From: Bugula neritina
Taxonomy: Eukaryota > Animalia > Bryozoa
Reading direction: 5' to 3'
DNA length: 64,000 bases
Assembly (NCBI GenBank): GCA_964035545.1
Contig: OZ037765.1
Location: 11,356,698 to 11,420,697 of the forward strand
Both the position numbers and the translations under genes were made by a program. This document shows, piece after piece, positions 1 through 26,100 of this stretch. How positions within the stretch are numbered: the stretch's first letter is position 1; every line of letters begins with the position of its first letter. A model generated the notes under the pieces. That model saw nothing but the letters and a program-made list of their open reading frames with translations, was not told the origin of the DNA and did no database searches.

Positions 1-206
1 GTTTAAAATCCAATATAATGAATATGAATGAACTTATCATCATCAAGCAATAAAATATACTTTATAAAAGTACAATTGTAACATTGGAAGACATGCAGCA
101 AACTTTCTAAAATAGGGAAATATTTTCAGGCAACTTGTAGTAGGGTCTATAAAAGTGCTCAACTAACTGTAGTGTGACAAGAAAAAACCATGCGGCAGAA
201 GCTTAC

Positions 207-245
207 CGTCAGGGTCACAAACCAATGCATTTGTACCAAAGGGAC
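207..245 (-). CDS. CaMKII: CaMKII linker cassette exon (39 nt)
   Basis: tatgtttag|39 nt|gtaagc; symmetric phase 1, xPFGTNALVCDPD, loosely like the vertebrate linker exon EPQTTVIHNPD. Confidence 0.6.
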
Positions 246-1694
246 CTAAACATAACCGAACCAATCTCAACATTTATAAAGAATAAATGTTTCAAGACGT
301 CCACGTGTGAAAAAATTAAGAAATCAGTAGCATGGGGTACAGGTGGATCAACAAATAGAAACATCAAACACGTGGTAGAATTGATGCCAGTATGAAACAT
401 TTAAAACCTGTAATACACAAATTTGTATAAGCAGATCCTACACAAAGGTAAAGGAAAATTGTTTAAACTTAGTATGAATACTTCTTTACAATCAACATGC
501 GTAATAAAAACATGATTCACATTGACAACTGGAAAAGAAAAGATGAGAAATTTGGTTGTTGATAAAAGAGGTTATATCCAACACTTAATTCACTTATATT
601 ACAACTGTGTTTTTTATAATTACCAATACTTTACATTTATTAGTAACTAAATAAATACCCACCTAAGTGATAGTGTAACTATTTTTAACAACGATATCAA
701 TGTAGTATATTTTACAATTATTACTACAACAAAATCTTGAAATTGAATAAAACATTAGTTTAAATTTTAATTGAAATGTTTGTTTTTAAAGATTAATCAT
801 CTGTTACAAAATTTGCTACAAAACTGATCTTAAAAATTGAGAAGACAACCCACAAATATATATGTATATTATGTATGTACTGCACGTACGTCATTAGGCC
901 TAATTTTAATACTCAAACTATTTAATAAAATAATTATATACTGGTATAATACCATTAAATAATTAAAAGAGACTAAACAGAGAAGAATGAGATTGCTTAC
1001 ACTATGCACATCTTTATTTGAAATGAAAACCATAGGTTTAAAGGATTGCTCAATCTTAGTTTATTACAATCACATTATAATTATGAACTATAATCTAATG
1101 TGTATGCAAACAATTGTGACTTTGCAAAGGGATATGTGCCTAGAAAACAGCTTTTCAAAATTCCAATTTTGAGGGAGGTAAAATTTTCAGCCATGAAAAA
1201 GAATAGCCTAATACGTGACGCCAGTAACTATGCTGCACGTGCAAACTATAACGCTAGTATTCAAGGTTGCTGAGCACAACATCAACCAATAACGCTCAAG
1301 CAGTTACAGTGCGCTATATAGGTCAGCTTTGGTGTGCCCGTAATATTGCACAATCTGACCTAGTTTAGATCGATCGCAGGCATTCATCCTAAAGAATGCA
1401 TGTTTTTGCAATGCTTTTTTCTAATGTTTACAAGCAAAATATGGCCTAATGTTATCACATACATGTTATTTAAAATGTCAAAAAACTATAGATTGAGATA
1501 ATTCACATTTGCACTTCTATAAATATACAAATTACGAGCTGAAAGATCACATCTCACAGTCATATTTCTATAGTTATTCATTTGTATAGTCACGTGACCA
1601 GCAGGAATGCTGGCGCTGTTACGTCACATTTCCCAGCTCATTTCAAAATCGGCGTTTTGGCTGTTACCAATCTACACCCTCAACTTCAACTAAC

Positions 1695-1733
1695 TTTTTC
1701 TACCTTCGGTCAAATGCTTTTTGTCAATGCATG
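1695..1733 (-). CDS. CaMKII: Candidate CaMKII linker cassette exon (39 nt)
   Basis: gtgtttttctaag|39 nt|gttagt; symmetric phase 1, xCIDKKHLTEGRK. Confidence 0.45.
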
Positions 1734-2425
1734 CTTAGAAAAACACAATATTATGTGTGTTTGACCTAAATGGCCATTTATTAGACAAGATAGAGCAATC
1801 CCAATTATTCTAATATATTATATAAAAATTACCCTTTTTACTGAATGTCTGAAATACTTGTTCAAGATCCTGTTTTTGACCCAAAACCATGTTATTGTTA
1901 AACACATGGAGGGACAAAGCGTCCTGCACATGTAAACGGGACTGTGTATAGATAGATAGAGAGACGAAATAGACATATGCGTTAGAATGCACAGTAGATT
2001 TAAACCAGACAGCTTGAGCAAGCATTATCCTTCTCTCATATCAACAGAGCTTGGCACTTTTTCACCGACAGCAGAGGTAGAAAATGCAAAGATTAGGCGG
2101 TCATAGCAGTCTTGACAACAGAAGAGAGGTAAAGAAACTGTTTTCTAGAGTGATTGGGCACATGTTCAACATAGTGATTGGGTTTTATAATAAATTATAT
2201 TTAATCTAATTTGAAATCATGCCTACAGTAAATTAAGCTACTCTAACTTATGAATTCTTGAACAACACCAAGAACGGACAGCTATATATATTTCAGTCAA
2301 TTAATTAGCTAGGCTATGGGCTCAATGGCTTCTCAGATAGATGGTTTGAAAACTGATGATAAATCTATTTGTACCAGGCATAGGCAGGGGATATTTTCCG
2401 ATATGTGTTTTGACATGCAACTTAC

Positions 2426-2461
2426 TGTCTTTAGCTGAGTCTTTGTTCCCAGTTAGCGTAC
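2426..2461 (-). CDS. CaMKII: CaMKII variable-linker cassette exon (36 nt)
   Basis: ctaat branch-like motif, tataag|36 nt|gtaagt followed by tgcatg; symmetric phase 1, STLTGNKDSAKD. Confidence 0.65.
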
Positions 2462-3076
2462 CTTATACAGACAATTAGTGCAATAAGCAAAATCAAAACC
2501 ACCTATACATTTCCAAAACTATCTTAACTTTCTGCATGAATTCCAAACTTGTATAATATATTGTGGTTCCAATTAATTAATGGTGACATTTATTAAAATA
2601 TAATATAAATTTAAATAAATTTAAACAAAGGAGCCTTAAATCTTAGAAAATCTATAGACCGGTCATATCAATAAAATATATATCACTATAGAAAATATTT
2701 CTATTTTCTTGTGATACTCTGTTAAGTTGAACACTATCACCCCAGGCACCAGGATGTTTTCATTAAAGTATTAACAGCACTAGAGTTATACCAAACTATC
2801 TTTTTATGCATTTCAAACAAAAATCCACCAATTTGTAAAACCCTATGCAACGTGTCATTATTCAAAATTTACAGAGCTGCAATTGGTATTCACCAGCACA
2901 GTGCACACCATCAGTTATATTGTAATACTGTTTAAGAAAAATATTTAAAAAAGTTCCCACTTTCATCTGAGGAAAAGAGAAGGTGAATTAAAGGAGTTAT
3001 TGGGCATTTTGTGAGAGAAAACGTTCTCATTTTTATAAATTTGCTAGACAGTCCAGCAACTAAAATGACTACTCAC

Positions 3077-16044
<12,968 letters not shown>

Positions 16045-16801
16045 GATTTTTTTTTGGAATGAAGTTTATAACATGGGCATACCGATATCACAACAGAATT
16101 TATTGTTAATTGATAATAACGAACGTTAATTGAAACTTACACAAAATGGGGAAACTCAAACTATCAATATCAATACGAAAGTCGATATGCAATGTTACTA
16201 GTAATAGTATGCAACCAATGGTAAAACATTATCATGCAACACTCATGCAGAGGGCAAACGTTTCAAAACTTCGTATAGTTGTATTAATATTACGTTTTAT
16301 GTACGTTTAATGTTTTGCTAGCAAATATGCAATTAAGATTGAGATAGCAACTCCGACATTGTAATAATTTTGAACATGGCAATTTAGCTGACCTATTTTT
16401 ATAGTTATCCCTGTTGGGCCCGGTGTAGCATATATGCTACATCAACTTTTAATGCAAATATTATATGTAATGGAAATGATAAAAAGTTTTAAAATACATC
16501 TGTAAAGTTTACTTTTAGGCATGTTCTTACAAATTACAACCTTTACAAGATAACTCTTACAGCACGATTTTTATTTTAGAGAATTGATAGTTTCCAATCA
16601 AATCTTTTAATGTGAATTGCTTCAAATTATAATTTTGAAAGATTGGAAGTTTTTATTGTGTGGCTCATTTGCGTTAGCTAATGAAATAACTGATTTATAA
16701 AAAACATTGACAATAGTAAACTGCCTTAAAATTGTGCTATATAGTGAGTCATGTCAGACTATCTCTGTTTTATCACTTTCTCTTTTATACTATATAAAAT
16801 G

Positions 16802-16913
<112 letters not shown>

Positions 16914-17185
16914 TATAATTTGAAGCTTGCAAAATCATTGAACTTTAATTACTAACTTTTCTTTGTTCACTGCACATGTCATGCTTAATTTTTAATCAGT
17001 CTGTACTAGTCATCTGTAGAACTTGGAAGACTATATAAATAATTAAATTATAATTACAGTGTTAAAATATTGCTTTGTTTTTAAGTTTGCATTTATAAAG
17101 CTGTAGCAGAATTTATTTGTATGTCATATTGTTTAAATAGATCTCAGGGAAGCTAGGTCAACAATTAATATATGCTTAATATAAC

Positions 17186-18938
17186 CAGGGATGTAGTGGC
17201 AAAAATATTCTAGGCCATACTCTCAGGCCGGGGGTCCAGGGGGCCGCCCAGGCCCCTGGCGGGGTCCGGGGCAGCGCCCCGGCTGCCGAAGCCCTCAGAG
17301 CTCTTCTGATGCAAATTTATGCAATTTAAAGCCATTGTGAATTCTAATTCTTCTGAAAAAATCTGTGTTGAAATGTGCACCTCACTATTATTTTCATACC
17401 ATACCAGCTACATGACGACTGGGCATTGCTGCAAACTATATACATATTCAGTAATGTCCCATACTTGTTGACTGTAATTTTAAATGTAGTCTTACTCAAC
17501 TGCAGTTAGGTTTGTTCTGACATGCACCAAGTCCAAACTGTACAGAAAAATTGCTGAAGATCTCAAAAAGATGGAAGGATAGAGGCAGGTAACAAGGGCT
17601 CTCCAAATACAACCTGATTATTTTATTAATAACTAATAGACTGACGTGCCCAGAAAAAGAATAATAGATCAGAAGAGAGGCAGATTGCAAATCAGAAAAT
17701 GTGTGTTTGTTATTTATAAAGAGCAATTTGAATTGATAACTCATTGGCAAGCAGAAATTGGTTAAAAACCTATTTGGAGTTTATTAGAGTATTAGTCTAA
17801 ACTCTAAACCATAAGGAGATACCACCACACCTCCTTACACACAATAAAGCACACCCAAGAAGAGTATGTTAACTTGGTTTTAAAATAAAACCCCTGAACC
17901 TTCACTAGCCACATCAAGGCAACATACCCCAAATGAAAAAAATTGACAGGTTTAATATGTGTTAACCTAGAAGATGATTAACTATAAAGCCAGATGTTAG
18001 TTAGTACAATCAAACATAAACGGTTACTTATGGTGGTGTACAGTTTGCAAAACCTCATTGCATTGATAATTAACATGCAATAACGCTAGGTTTTTGAGCA
18101 AAATGTGGACATCGTACCTGTAGACCTCAGTGATAAATTTTCGTTAACCTCTCCTACACAACTGGTACTGTTTCTTGAAGACATTTTGATTTTATTTCTA
18201 GATTTCATGTTGGTTTTTTTAAATTCCATTGCTTATTGACAAAATACAAGTCCACACAAGATAGATAAGGGCAACCTTCTTGCTGTCACTGCCTAATCGT
18301 GCTAGAATAAAAATTTAAAAACTATGTTGTAGATCTTCCTGTTCCTCAGAGCACCTGCTTTTTCAAGTTTTCAATATTTTTCTTTGCAAAGTTATAGACA
18401 AAAAACTACTCATTCTGGCCAATTTTATCTGAAAAGTTTATTTTTCAAAATCTGCCAAATATCTCAGCAGGAAAGTATGGTATTGGAATAGAACAAACAC
18501 TGTCGGAAACCTGAGAAATTTATGTATAGCAAATTTTTTGATCCTTTCAATAGCCTTATTCATAGATTTTTTACAAATTAGTGATTTACACACTGAAATG
18601 AAATATTTTTTCCTTAGCAATCACCAATGCACAGCACTTCGCGCTTCAGTGAACACGTAAAGATGAGAAGACGGAATGTTGATAGCTCTTATTATTCATA
18701 CTGTAATCTCAGGCTAAACAATTACAAGTAGGCAACACGCATGCCACCCACATAGCATCAACATAACAAGAACTTAAACTAGATTGTGAGCGAAATTCTC
18801 AGTGAGAATGCTCCAACTATCCTGTGCACTAATCATCTTTCAAAAATATTATGCCCATACGGGCGTATGGCCTAGAACAGTCTATTTTCTTCTAGGCCAT
18901 ACGGCGTATGGGACCGTATGGGTACCACTACATCCCTG
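17186..18938. mobile_element. Non-autonomous hAT-like DNA transposon (1753 bp)
   Basis: Perfect 14-bp TIRs CAGGGATGTAGTGG / CCACTACATCCCTG; 8-bp TSD AATATAAC at 17178-17185 and 18939-18946; GC-rich subterminal hairpin; no transposase ORF. Confidence 0.92.
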
Positions 18939-19047
18939 AATATAACCATAAGTTTCTACCATTGCGAAGGTGTGGGCCATGGCACTGAACTGAAACTATA
19001 ACCCTATATATAGTTCTATTATAGTTCAATGGGCCATGGTACTTTAT

Positions 19048-19095
19048 TCTGCGCTGATGAGGGGACAAATCCCGATACAGCTGCTGTACACAGAT
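19048..19095 (+). ncRNA. Degenerate type I hammerhead ribozyme, copy 1
   Basis: tctgcg-CTGATGA-ggg(gacaaat)ccc-GATA-cagc t gctgt-A-cacaga: core, stems I/II/III present; GAAA changed to GATA. Confidence 0.65.
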
Positions 19096-19310
19096 TGAGA
19101 TATAATTCTCTCACTTTATGTTCAGCAATGACATTCAGTGATTGAGCTCTCTAACCATGGTCACAAACGTAAGCTGCTAGGATTTTGCAAGGCTCGTGAC
19201 TTCTAGAGTCTCTTGAGCTCTCTGGCTTGAGTTTACACACCTTTTAAATATGCTTTAGTAGAAACATATTATGTTTTCACTATTGCGAAGGCGTGGGCTG
19301 TGATACTTTG

Positions 19311-19352
19311 TTCTAATGAGGGGTCAAATCCCAAAACACCTGCTGTCCACAG
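19311..19352 (+). ncRNA. Degenerate hammerhead ribozyme, copy 2
   Basis: CTAATGA-ggg(gtcaaat)ccc-AAAA-cacc t gctgt-C-cacag; same repeat unit ~260 nt downstream of copy 1. Confidence 0.55.
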
Positions 19353-19473
19353 TTAGAGATAATATATCTAGAGGATATTTCATATATACATGTGCCTGCG
19401 TGACTGGTACTTTGATCAGTTGCTTTTTTGCATAAATAAATTGTTATTTCAGCTTTTTTGACAAAAATTTCTA

Positions 19474-19479
19474 TTTATT
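19474..19479 (-). terminator. Candidate polyadenylation signal of Cav3
   Basis: AATAAA on the minus strand ~670 nt after the Cav3 stop; position only. Confidence 0.3.
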
Positions 19480-20151
19480 CTAAATATGTACTTTTTTTGG
19501 TCAGCAAAAATTTAATTTTTAATAACTAACTTGCATGCTATGTCATCCATAATATAGTAATGTAAGTGAAGATTCTTATAAGCTTTATATTCCATATATA
19601 TAAGATTTCTCTTGTCATCTAATTAAGTTTATCATTTAGGGTAAAATACTTCAAGATATTGAGGTACAATTCTAATTTAATAAGCTTGAAAATAGGGATA
19701 CGATAATTGGTATAACACTAAAGAGCTAAAGAACTATAAAATGAATAATTAAGTCAGAAATAAGCAATGCAGTTTTAGTTTAAGTTTATAACCATGATAA
19801 TGCTGCTGTCACCTTTGGCTGATTTGGCATGTGTTGATTACAACTAGGCAATGCACTCTTTACTATGACTGATAAGTATATATACTTCCCTAAAGAACAT
19901 CACATTGGCTATTAAATTGCACTAATTATACAAACCCCATATTCATATAAATGCAGCATGGGCTAAAAATAAAAAGAGTAAAAACTAAATTAGTTATAGG
20001 AAAATAAAATTGATTGCCCTAAGCAATAACAATATAATAAAACTGCAAGGGCTGTTTTTTAAAAGTAGTTGTATAACAAAAAAAACCAACACAATTTCGA
20101 CTAACAACATAAATTCACCATGACAGTTTCGTTCAATAGATTCAACGACCG

Positions 20152-23100
20152 TTACGTATCATCTTTTGATTCAATAACAATAGGATTAATTTTAAAGTTA
20201 TATGGTAAAGAACAATGTTTCAACAATGGCTTATGTTGATTAATAAATTTTTCTTGTGGTTTATTTTCCTCAGTTTCTAAATCTACACAAGCCGACTCTT
20301 GAGGTAAACTTTTCTTTTGTTCAACGTCAGAAGAATTGGCGTTATTATTATCATCATCATCGTCACCCATTAAGTATACATTTTCAGCAGCATGCTTCTC
20401 CATTTTTGCTTCCTGCAGAATAGAAATCAAAAAATGTTACTGAATGTAAAATGCACACGAATCATCACACATATTGTTAATTGGTATGCCAGACAAAAAC
20501 AATCCCAATAAACTATCTACATAAAAACCTACTAACTACCGAAAAGAAATTATCAAGCTTAATAATACATAAAAAATAATATGATGAGAGAAGAACATTT
20601 TAGTTGGTAAAATGAGAGTGCTTGAGAAGAAACTAAAAAAGTAAGTGTAAGAAAAGAATTGTGAGACAGAGCGCAATCATTTGACACACAGTGAGAACAC
20701 AACAGCTTGATGAGTGCAAGGGAGATAACAACCAGCACCTGACTACTAGTTTGAATCAAATTATGCTGCTGGGCAGAAGTTAGGCTAGGAATTTCTTCTG
20801 CTTTCAATGGCTGAAAAGCCATCGTTCTGCCGTATAGAATGTCTTCCACAGAAAAATGTGCATCCTAAAGAATAGTAGTGAACATTCTAAATATTCCAAC
20901 TACAAGTTGAGGCAATGTGATGCAAGTTGAAACAAGTCACCAACTACCTATGCACATTCATAAAATTGCATTTCTAATAGTAAAGCGTGTTTTTTTCACA
21001 AATAACGATTCACACCTACTCTATTAATGATTATTTTCTATACATGCATCATATGCATCAAGTATAATTATATAAAACACAGGATTAAAAAAAATTAACA
21101 GACTTGCAAAGAACGTCAGGATCAACATCACTAAATGGGCGAAACAACATCAAGTTACAAAAATAAATAAAAGTTTAGTAGTCCTATGGGTCTACATTCA
21201 ATTGAAATTTAGCTACTTTACCGAATAAATATAATACAATACTAAGTAACACATTTTTAACACTCAGGCTTTCAAAATGCACACACACTCTGAAGAAATA
21301 GAACATTTTCTAGCACTATATACGTATATAAACAAAAGTAAGAAGGTTAATTAAGAAACCGATAAACTCTACATTTGTCTACCCTGAGTTGCATGCTTAT
21401 GTTATAATATATATATAATATGCATTACATATACCGGGTCACATCAAACTAACATGCAGAGAATAATATGCTTCAGGAAGATTTACCAGGCACATTAAGT
21501 TTGTGCAATAAATTGCAAATGTTGTTGGATTTTCCAGCCAATTGCTAGAAAATTTCAATAATATTGTTAATATCAAGAAGATTGCTCCATATATCCAGAG
21601 TTGCTCATTATATGTAAAAATACTTTTCAAGCTGAAACAAATTTAGAAATTCCGACCCTAACAATTTGATTTTCAAGTAATATCATATTTCAAACATTTT
21701 GAAATAATGAATCTAAAGAGTAAAATTAATTTATATGACCAAATGACTGCATATAACACAGAAAAAAATTTGATTGTCCCATTAGTTCACTTACTTATTT
21801 TATAACTATGTGTAATTTTGTTTGCTAAAGCAAAAGAGCTTTCTTATAATTGTTGTATTAAAGATATAGGCTAAATGACTTTTGGACAATTTAAGCAAGT
21901 CAAGAACATGCCTATAGTACACAACATAACTTAGCGAAAGAAAATAGATTATTCGGCATTATATTAGCAATGAAAAATACAAATTTATAAAAAAATGTTT
22001 CAAGGTGTTTTCTCAACTGCATTTTGTGAAAATCACACCAAAAAGTTTATTATTAAACTTGATCTGCTTTTAGCTTATGATGAGATTAAAGAAAATACTG
22101 CATTTATGGAAAAGACACCTTGTAATAAAGTAGCATTCAACATTATAACCACAATAAAAATAAGATTGATAAAATTTAGCATTCTAATTTATGACAGACA
22201 TAAAGAGACATTACAACATCTCAATAAACTTGTTAGCAATTTCCATGTACCTGAATTGTATGAATACCATATACACTTTCGTTCTACATCAAACAAATAG
22301 AATGCTGTTGTTAGTTACAACTAAGAATACTAATATGAAAATTTAAAACTATATTTTTCAGTTTTTTTAAACAATTGTAAAGAAATTTTTGAACTATTCA
22401 ATTGATCATTCAACATAACACAAGCTTAGACGTAAAACCTTTTTGAAAGTATTCTTTCTAATAAGAATAGTTTACACTTAAGCAGGTATAGTAGATGCTA
22501 ATTTTCCTACAAAAAATGGTTAAAATAATGGACTTGCCAAATTTTTGTTTTCTTTTTCTGTAATATATGCTATCGATGAATTATAAGAAAAATCTACTTA
22601 TTTGAAATTTTAGAATGCTCCAAAACTCTAAGCACCATATTGACTCCATAGTGTTCAACTATTAAATTTTACGACAAATTGGTAGCTATTCATTTATTTG
22701 GCTTAGCTTACTAGTTTGGCTTGGATACAACAAAATGTTGTAAAATGACAAAAAAATGCATATATGCATTCAGCAAAACACACATTTAATCTATGGCACA
22801 ATGGCATGCTTAAACAATATACCTGTTCTCGAAGCAAGACCTGTTGAATATAATTAATGTTGCAGCAAACAATAAAAGCAATGTGCTGAGAGACTATCAT
22901 GCAATTTGGACATTAATTCAATGGTTAAAAATCCAATATCTTTAATTAAATTATCAATAACATAATCAATAAAATAATCACTTTAAAAAAGACCTAGTAC
23001 TTAACAACATATAATCAGAAAAATGAGTTTTTGTTCTAAATTGTTGAAGCACAACAGTGGAGCTGGTGAGAAACAATCTGCTTTGTGATATCATTCTTCT

Positions 23101-26100
23101 AGGTGTGTATATTTACATAATGTGTAATGTTCACATACCTAGCTACGAAATTTAGTATAAATTAAAGAGATATTTGGTACTTTCTAGTTTTAAACAAAAT
23201 TATTTGATCATGCCTGAACATACAAAACAGAGATAATGGAGCAGAAATAAATATTTAATATAATCAAAAGCCAAGACACTGAGGTCTAAGGAAAATAATT
23301 ATGCAGTGCTCATCAATGGATTTAGATATTCAAATTTCAATCAATGTAATTATTCGTTTACCTTATTTTCCCATAATTTTTTCTAAACATAATTGCAGGA
23401 AGAAGATGCAAATGTAGCAAAAGACAGTAGATAAATATTCAAGAGATAGATATACAGCACAGTGAAACATGACAATATTTTGAGAAAGCTTCATTGAAAC
23501 GTTAACTAAATTATGCTCTAAGCATTTGATGAATGACAAGACTCTAGCGAAAAGCTCAGCATCATCCATGGATCATAAAAATGCATTGGATAACTAATAC
23601 GTACAAAACTACAGTGACATACAGCTTTTTACATTGCTACACTATTCTTCATTCCTTAATTTTATTTGCTTACTAATTCAATTCGCATTATGACGCATGT
23701 TGAACAAAGTTAACAAATAAGCTAGTGTAGAAGTGTGAGCATCTTCTTAGCAATGACATATACTGTTTAAATGAACAAACCTCTAGATGTTTCATCAGGA
23801 CCGCCACCACGACATTGACTAGAACGAATTGGGCAGTCAAAACGAAGACAACAAAGTAGATCGGAGTGACAACCTTGTTGACGCAGCAGTTTCGTATGCA
23901 GTCAATACTGTTATCACAGTTGGTTCTTAAAGCATCCTGTAAAATCAATACATATGTGTTTTATATGATCTCTACTTTACATAAAATATTTTTCACTGAA
24001 TTGAGAAAAATAAACAAGATTATATCAACAATTTTTAAAGAATAGATATTTAAAAATGTAGAGATCTTAGCATATTATGCTGTAAAAAGGAAAAGTTTAG
24101 CAGCACTATTATTTTTTTCAATGTAAATAACTTAAAAACTAAACTTTGCATGCCGTTTGCTCATCAGATGCTTATGGACATACAACCATAAGCTATTATG
24201 GTATTCTTACCTTCATGATGCCATTCCAATTATCACCAGTCGCAATTCTAAACAATGTAAGAAAGGCAGCTCCTGAGTTCTCAAAGTTTGCATGGACACC
24301 CATACCTTCACAGGGATTCTTGTTGGAGCATTCTACAAACGATTTGTATTATATGTTATGATATGTATTCTATGTTATGTATTATATGTTATGATATGTA
24401 TTATATGTTATGTATTATATGTTATGATATGTATTCTATGTTATAAGTATTATATGTTATGATGTGTATTCTATGTTATAAGTATTATATGTTATGTTAT
24501 GTATTCTATGTTATGATATGTATTCTATGTTATAAGTATTATATGTTATGATATATATTCTATGATACGATGTGTATTCTATGTTATGGCATCTATTCTA
24601 TGTTATGATAATATATATTCTAGGTTATGACATGTATTCTATGTTACAATATGTATTCTATGTTATGATATGTATTCTATGTTACAATATGTATTTTATG
24701 TTATGATATGTATTCTATGTTATAAGTATTCAATGTTATTGCATATATTCCATGTTATGATAATATTATATATTCTAGGTTATGATATGCATTCTATGTT
24801 AAAAAGTGAACAGTATAAAACAACAATAAGGAATTAAAATTATCAACAAAAAATCTATACACTCCTTGTTTATATTACATATTTGGACCTACTCGTATAC
24901 AAGTGTATAATAACTTAATTTTAAGCTCCAAAGGATAATTTTTTTGCATTCTAGTTTCAAAATATGAGTTTTACTGCATAGAGTTTTGTCTAAAAATGAA
25001 ACTATTTACTAACCTATTCGACCAAATAATTCCACACCGAGTGCAGCAAATATAAAGAAAAGCAGGAAGAAAAGAAGTCCCAGATTGGCAACTTGAGGCA
25101 GAGCCACCAGTACGGTGTCTAGCAATGCCCGGATTCCTTTGGCAACTTTCAGCAATTTGAGAACTAAAACAAATAATTAGTTTTATTTTTCATAAAATTT
25201 TGAAAAAATGTCTAATTCACGATATGAGCGTATATTATGAAAGTGATTCAATAAGTTCATAGTATATTTTATAAAATGCACAAAAGTGGAACTGGCAGTT
25301 TTTGCAATAAGCGAAATTGATTTTATGTAAAATATTTATGTTAATTTAAAGTGCTCTCATAGCTTAGCTTGGCTCGTGAAGGAAATACAGTTGATTTTTA
25401 AATATACCTCTCGCAATTCTTAGAATTCTCATCACTCTCATAATCGTTGGATTGATCGGAATGACATCATTTTGAACTTTTTCTAACACTATACCAACTA
25501 TTGATAGTATTATAATCAACATGTCTAGCTGATTCCACCTGTAAACAAATTAATTACTAGCAGTCAAAATAACAGTATCCTATCGCATTTAAGAGACCAG
25601 TATTTGATTACAACAGTTAATACAAAGTTTATTTAGTCTGAGACATCAGTGTACTTCCAAAGCAAAACAACTTGACATTGCTGCAAGTTGTATTATAAAA
25701 AAAATAAATATATACAATACTGCATAATATTTTTTTCTAACTTGAATGTTATGTAGAGACTGTAAAATGATGCAGGTGAAGTAGTTGTTTACGTACTATA
25801 TATTCTACTTCAACCTAACAGATCAACAATACTAACCTTTCTTTAATATATCGGACAAATCCGTAAGCAATGATCTTAAATGCAGCTTCGAGAATGAAAA
25901 TGAATGTGAAAACATAGTTCATGATATCTAAAGCAAATATCATCTCCTACAACAAAAAGTACAAGAAACTTGTTCATACTTCAAAAAAATATTTCAGCTC
26001 TCTATTGTAACACACATTTTATAAAACACATGTAACTTAAAAACTTAATGCTTATAACATTATAACATTATAAGTAAATGGGGTGCGCATGGCTGTGTAG

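Noticed and set aside
1300-1370. Possible CaMKII terminal exon GQIVQYYGHTKADLYSAL-stop
   Set aside because: Poor pyrimidine tract and a non-symmetric donor; cannot be told from chance
2027-2110. Good acceptor (..ctgttgtcaag) suggesting another linker or terminal exon (CYDRLIFAFSTSAV..)
   Set aside because: Only a weak donor (GTGAAA) and no recognisable peptide; left uncalled
20101-20154. Stop readthrough TAA-C giving RSLNLLNETVMVNLCC-stop
   Set aside because: TAA is a tight stop, no stimulatory structure seen, and a short extension is expected by chance
23363-23593. [13 protein letters not shown].. resembling the vertebrate post-IVS6 EDAEL motif
   Set aside because: The nearest acceptor gives LSNAFL-stop before the motif; similarity too short
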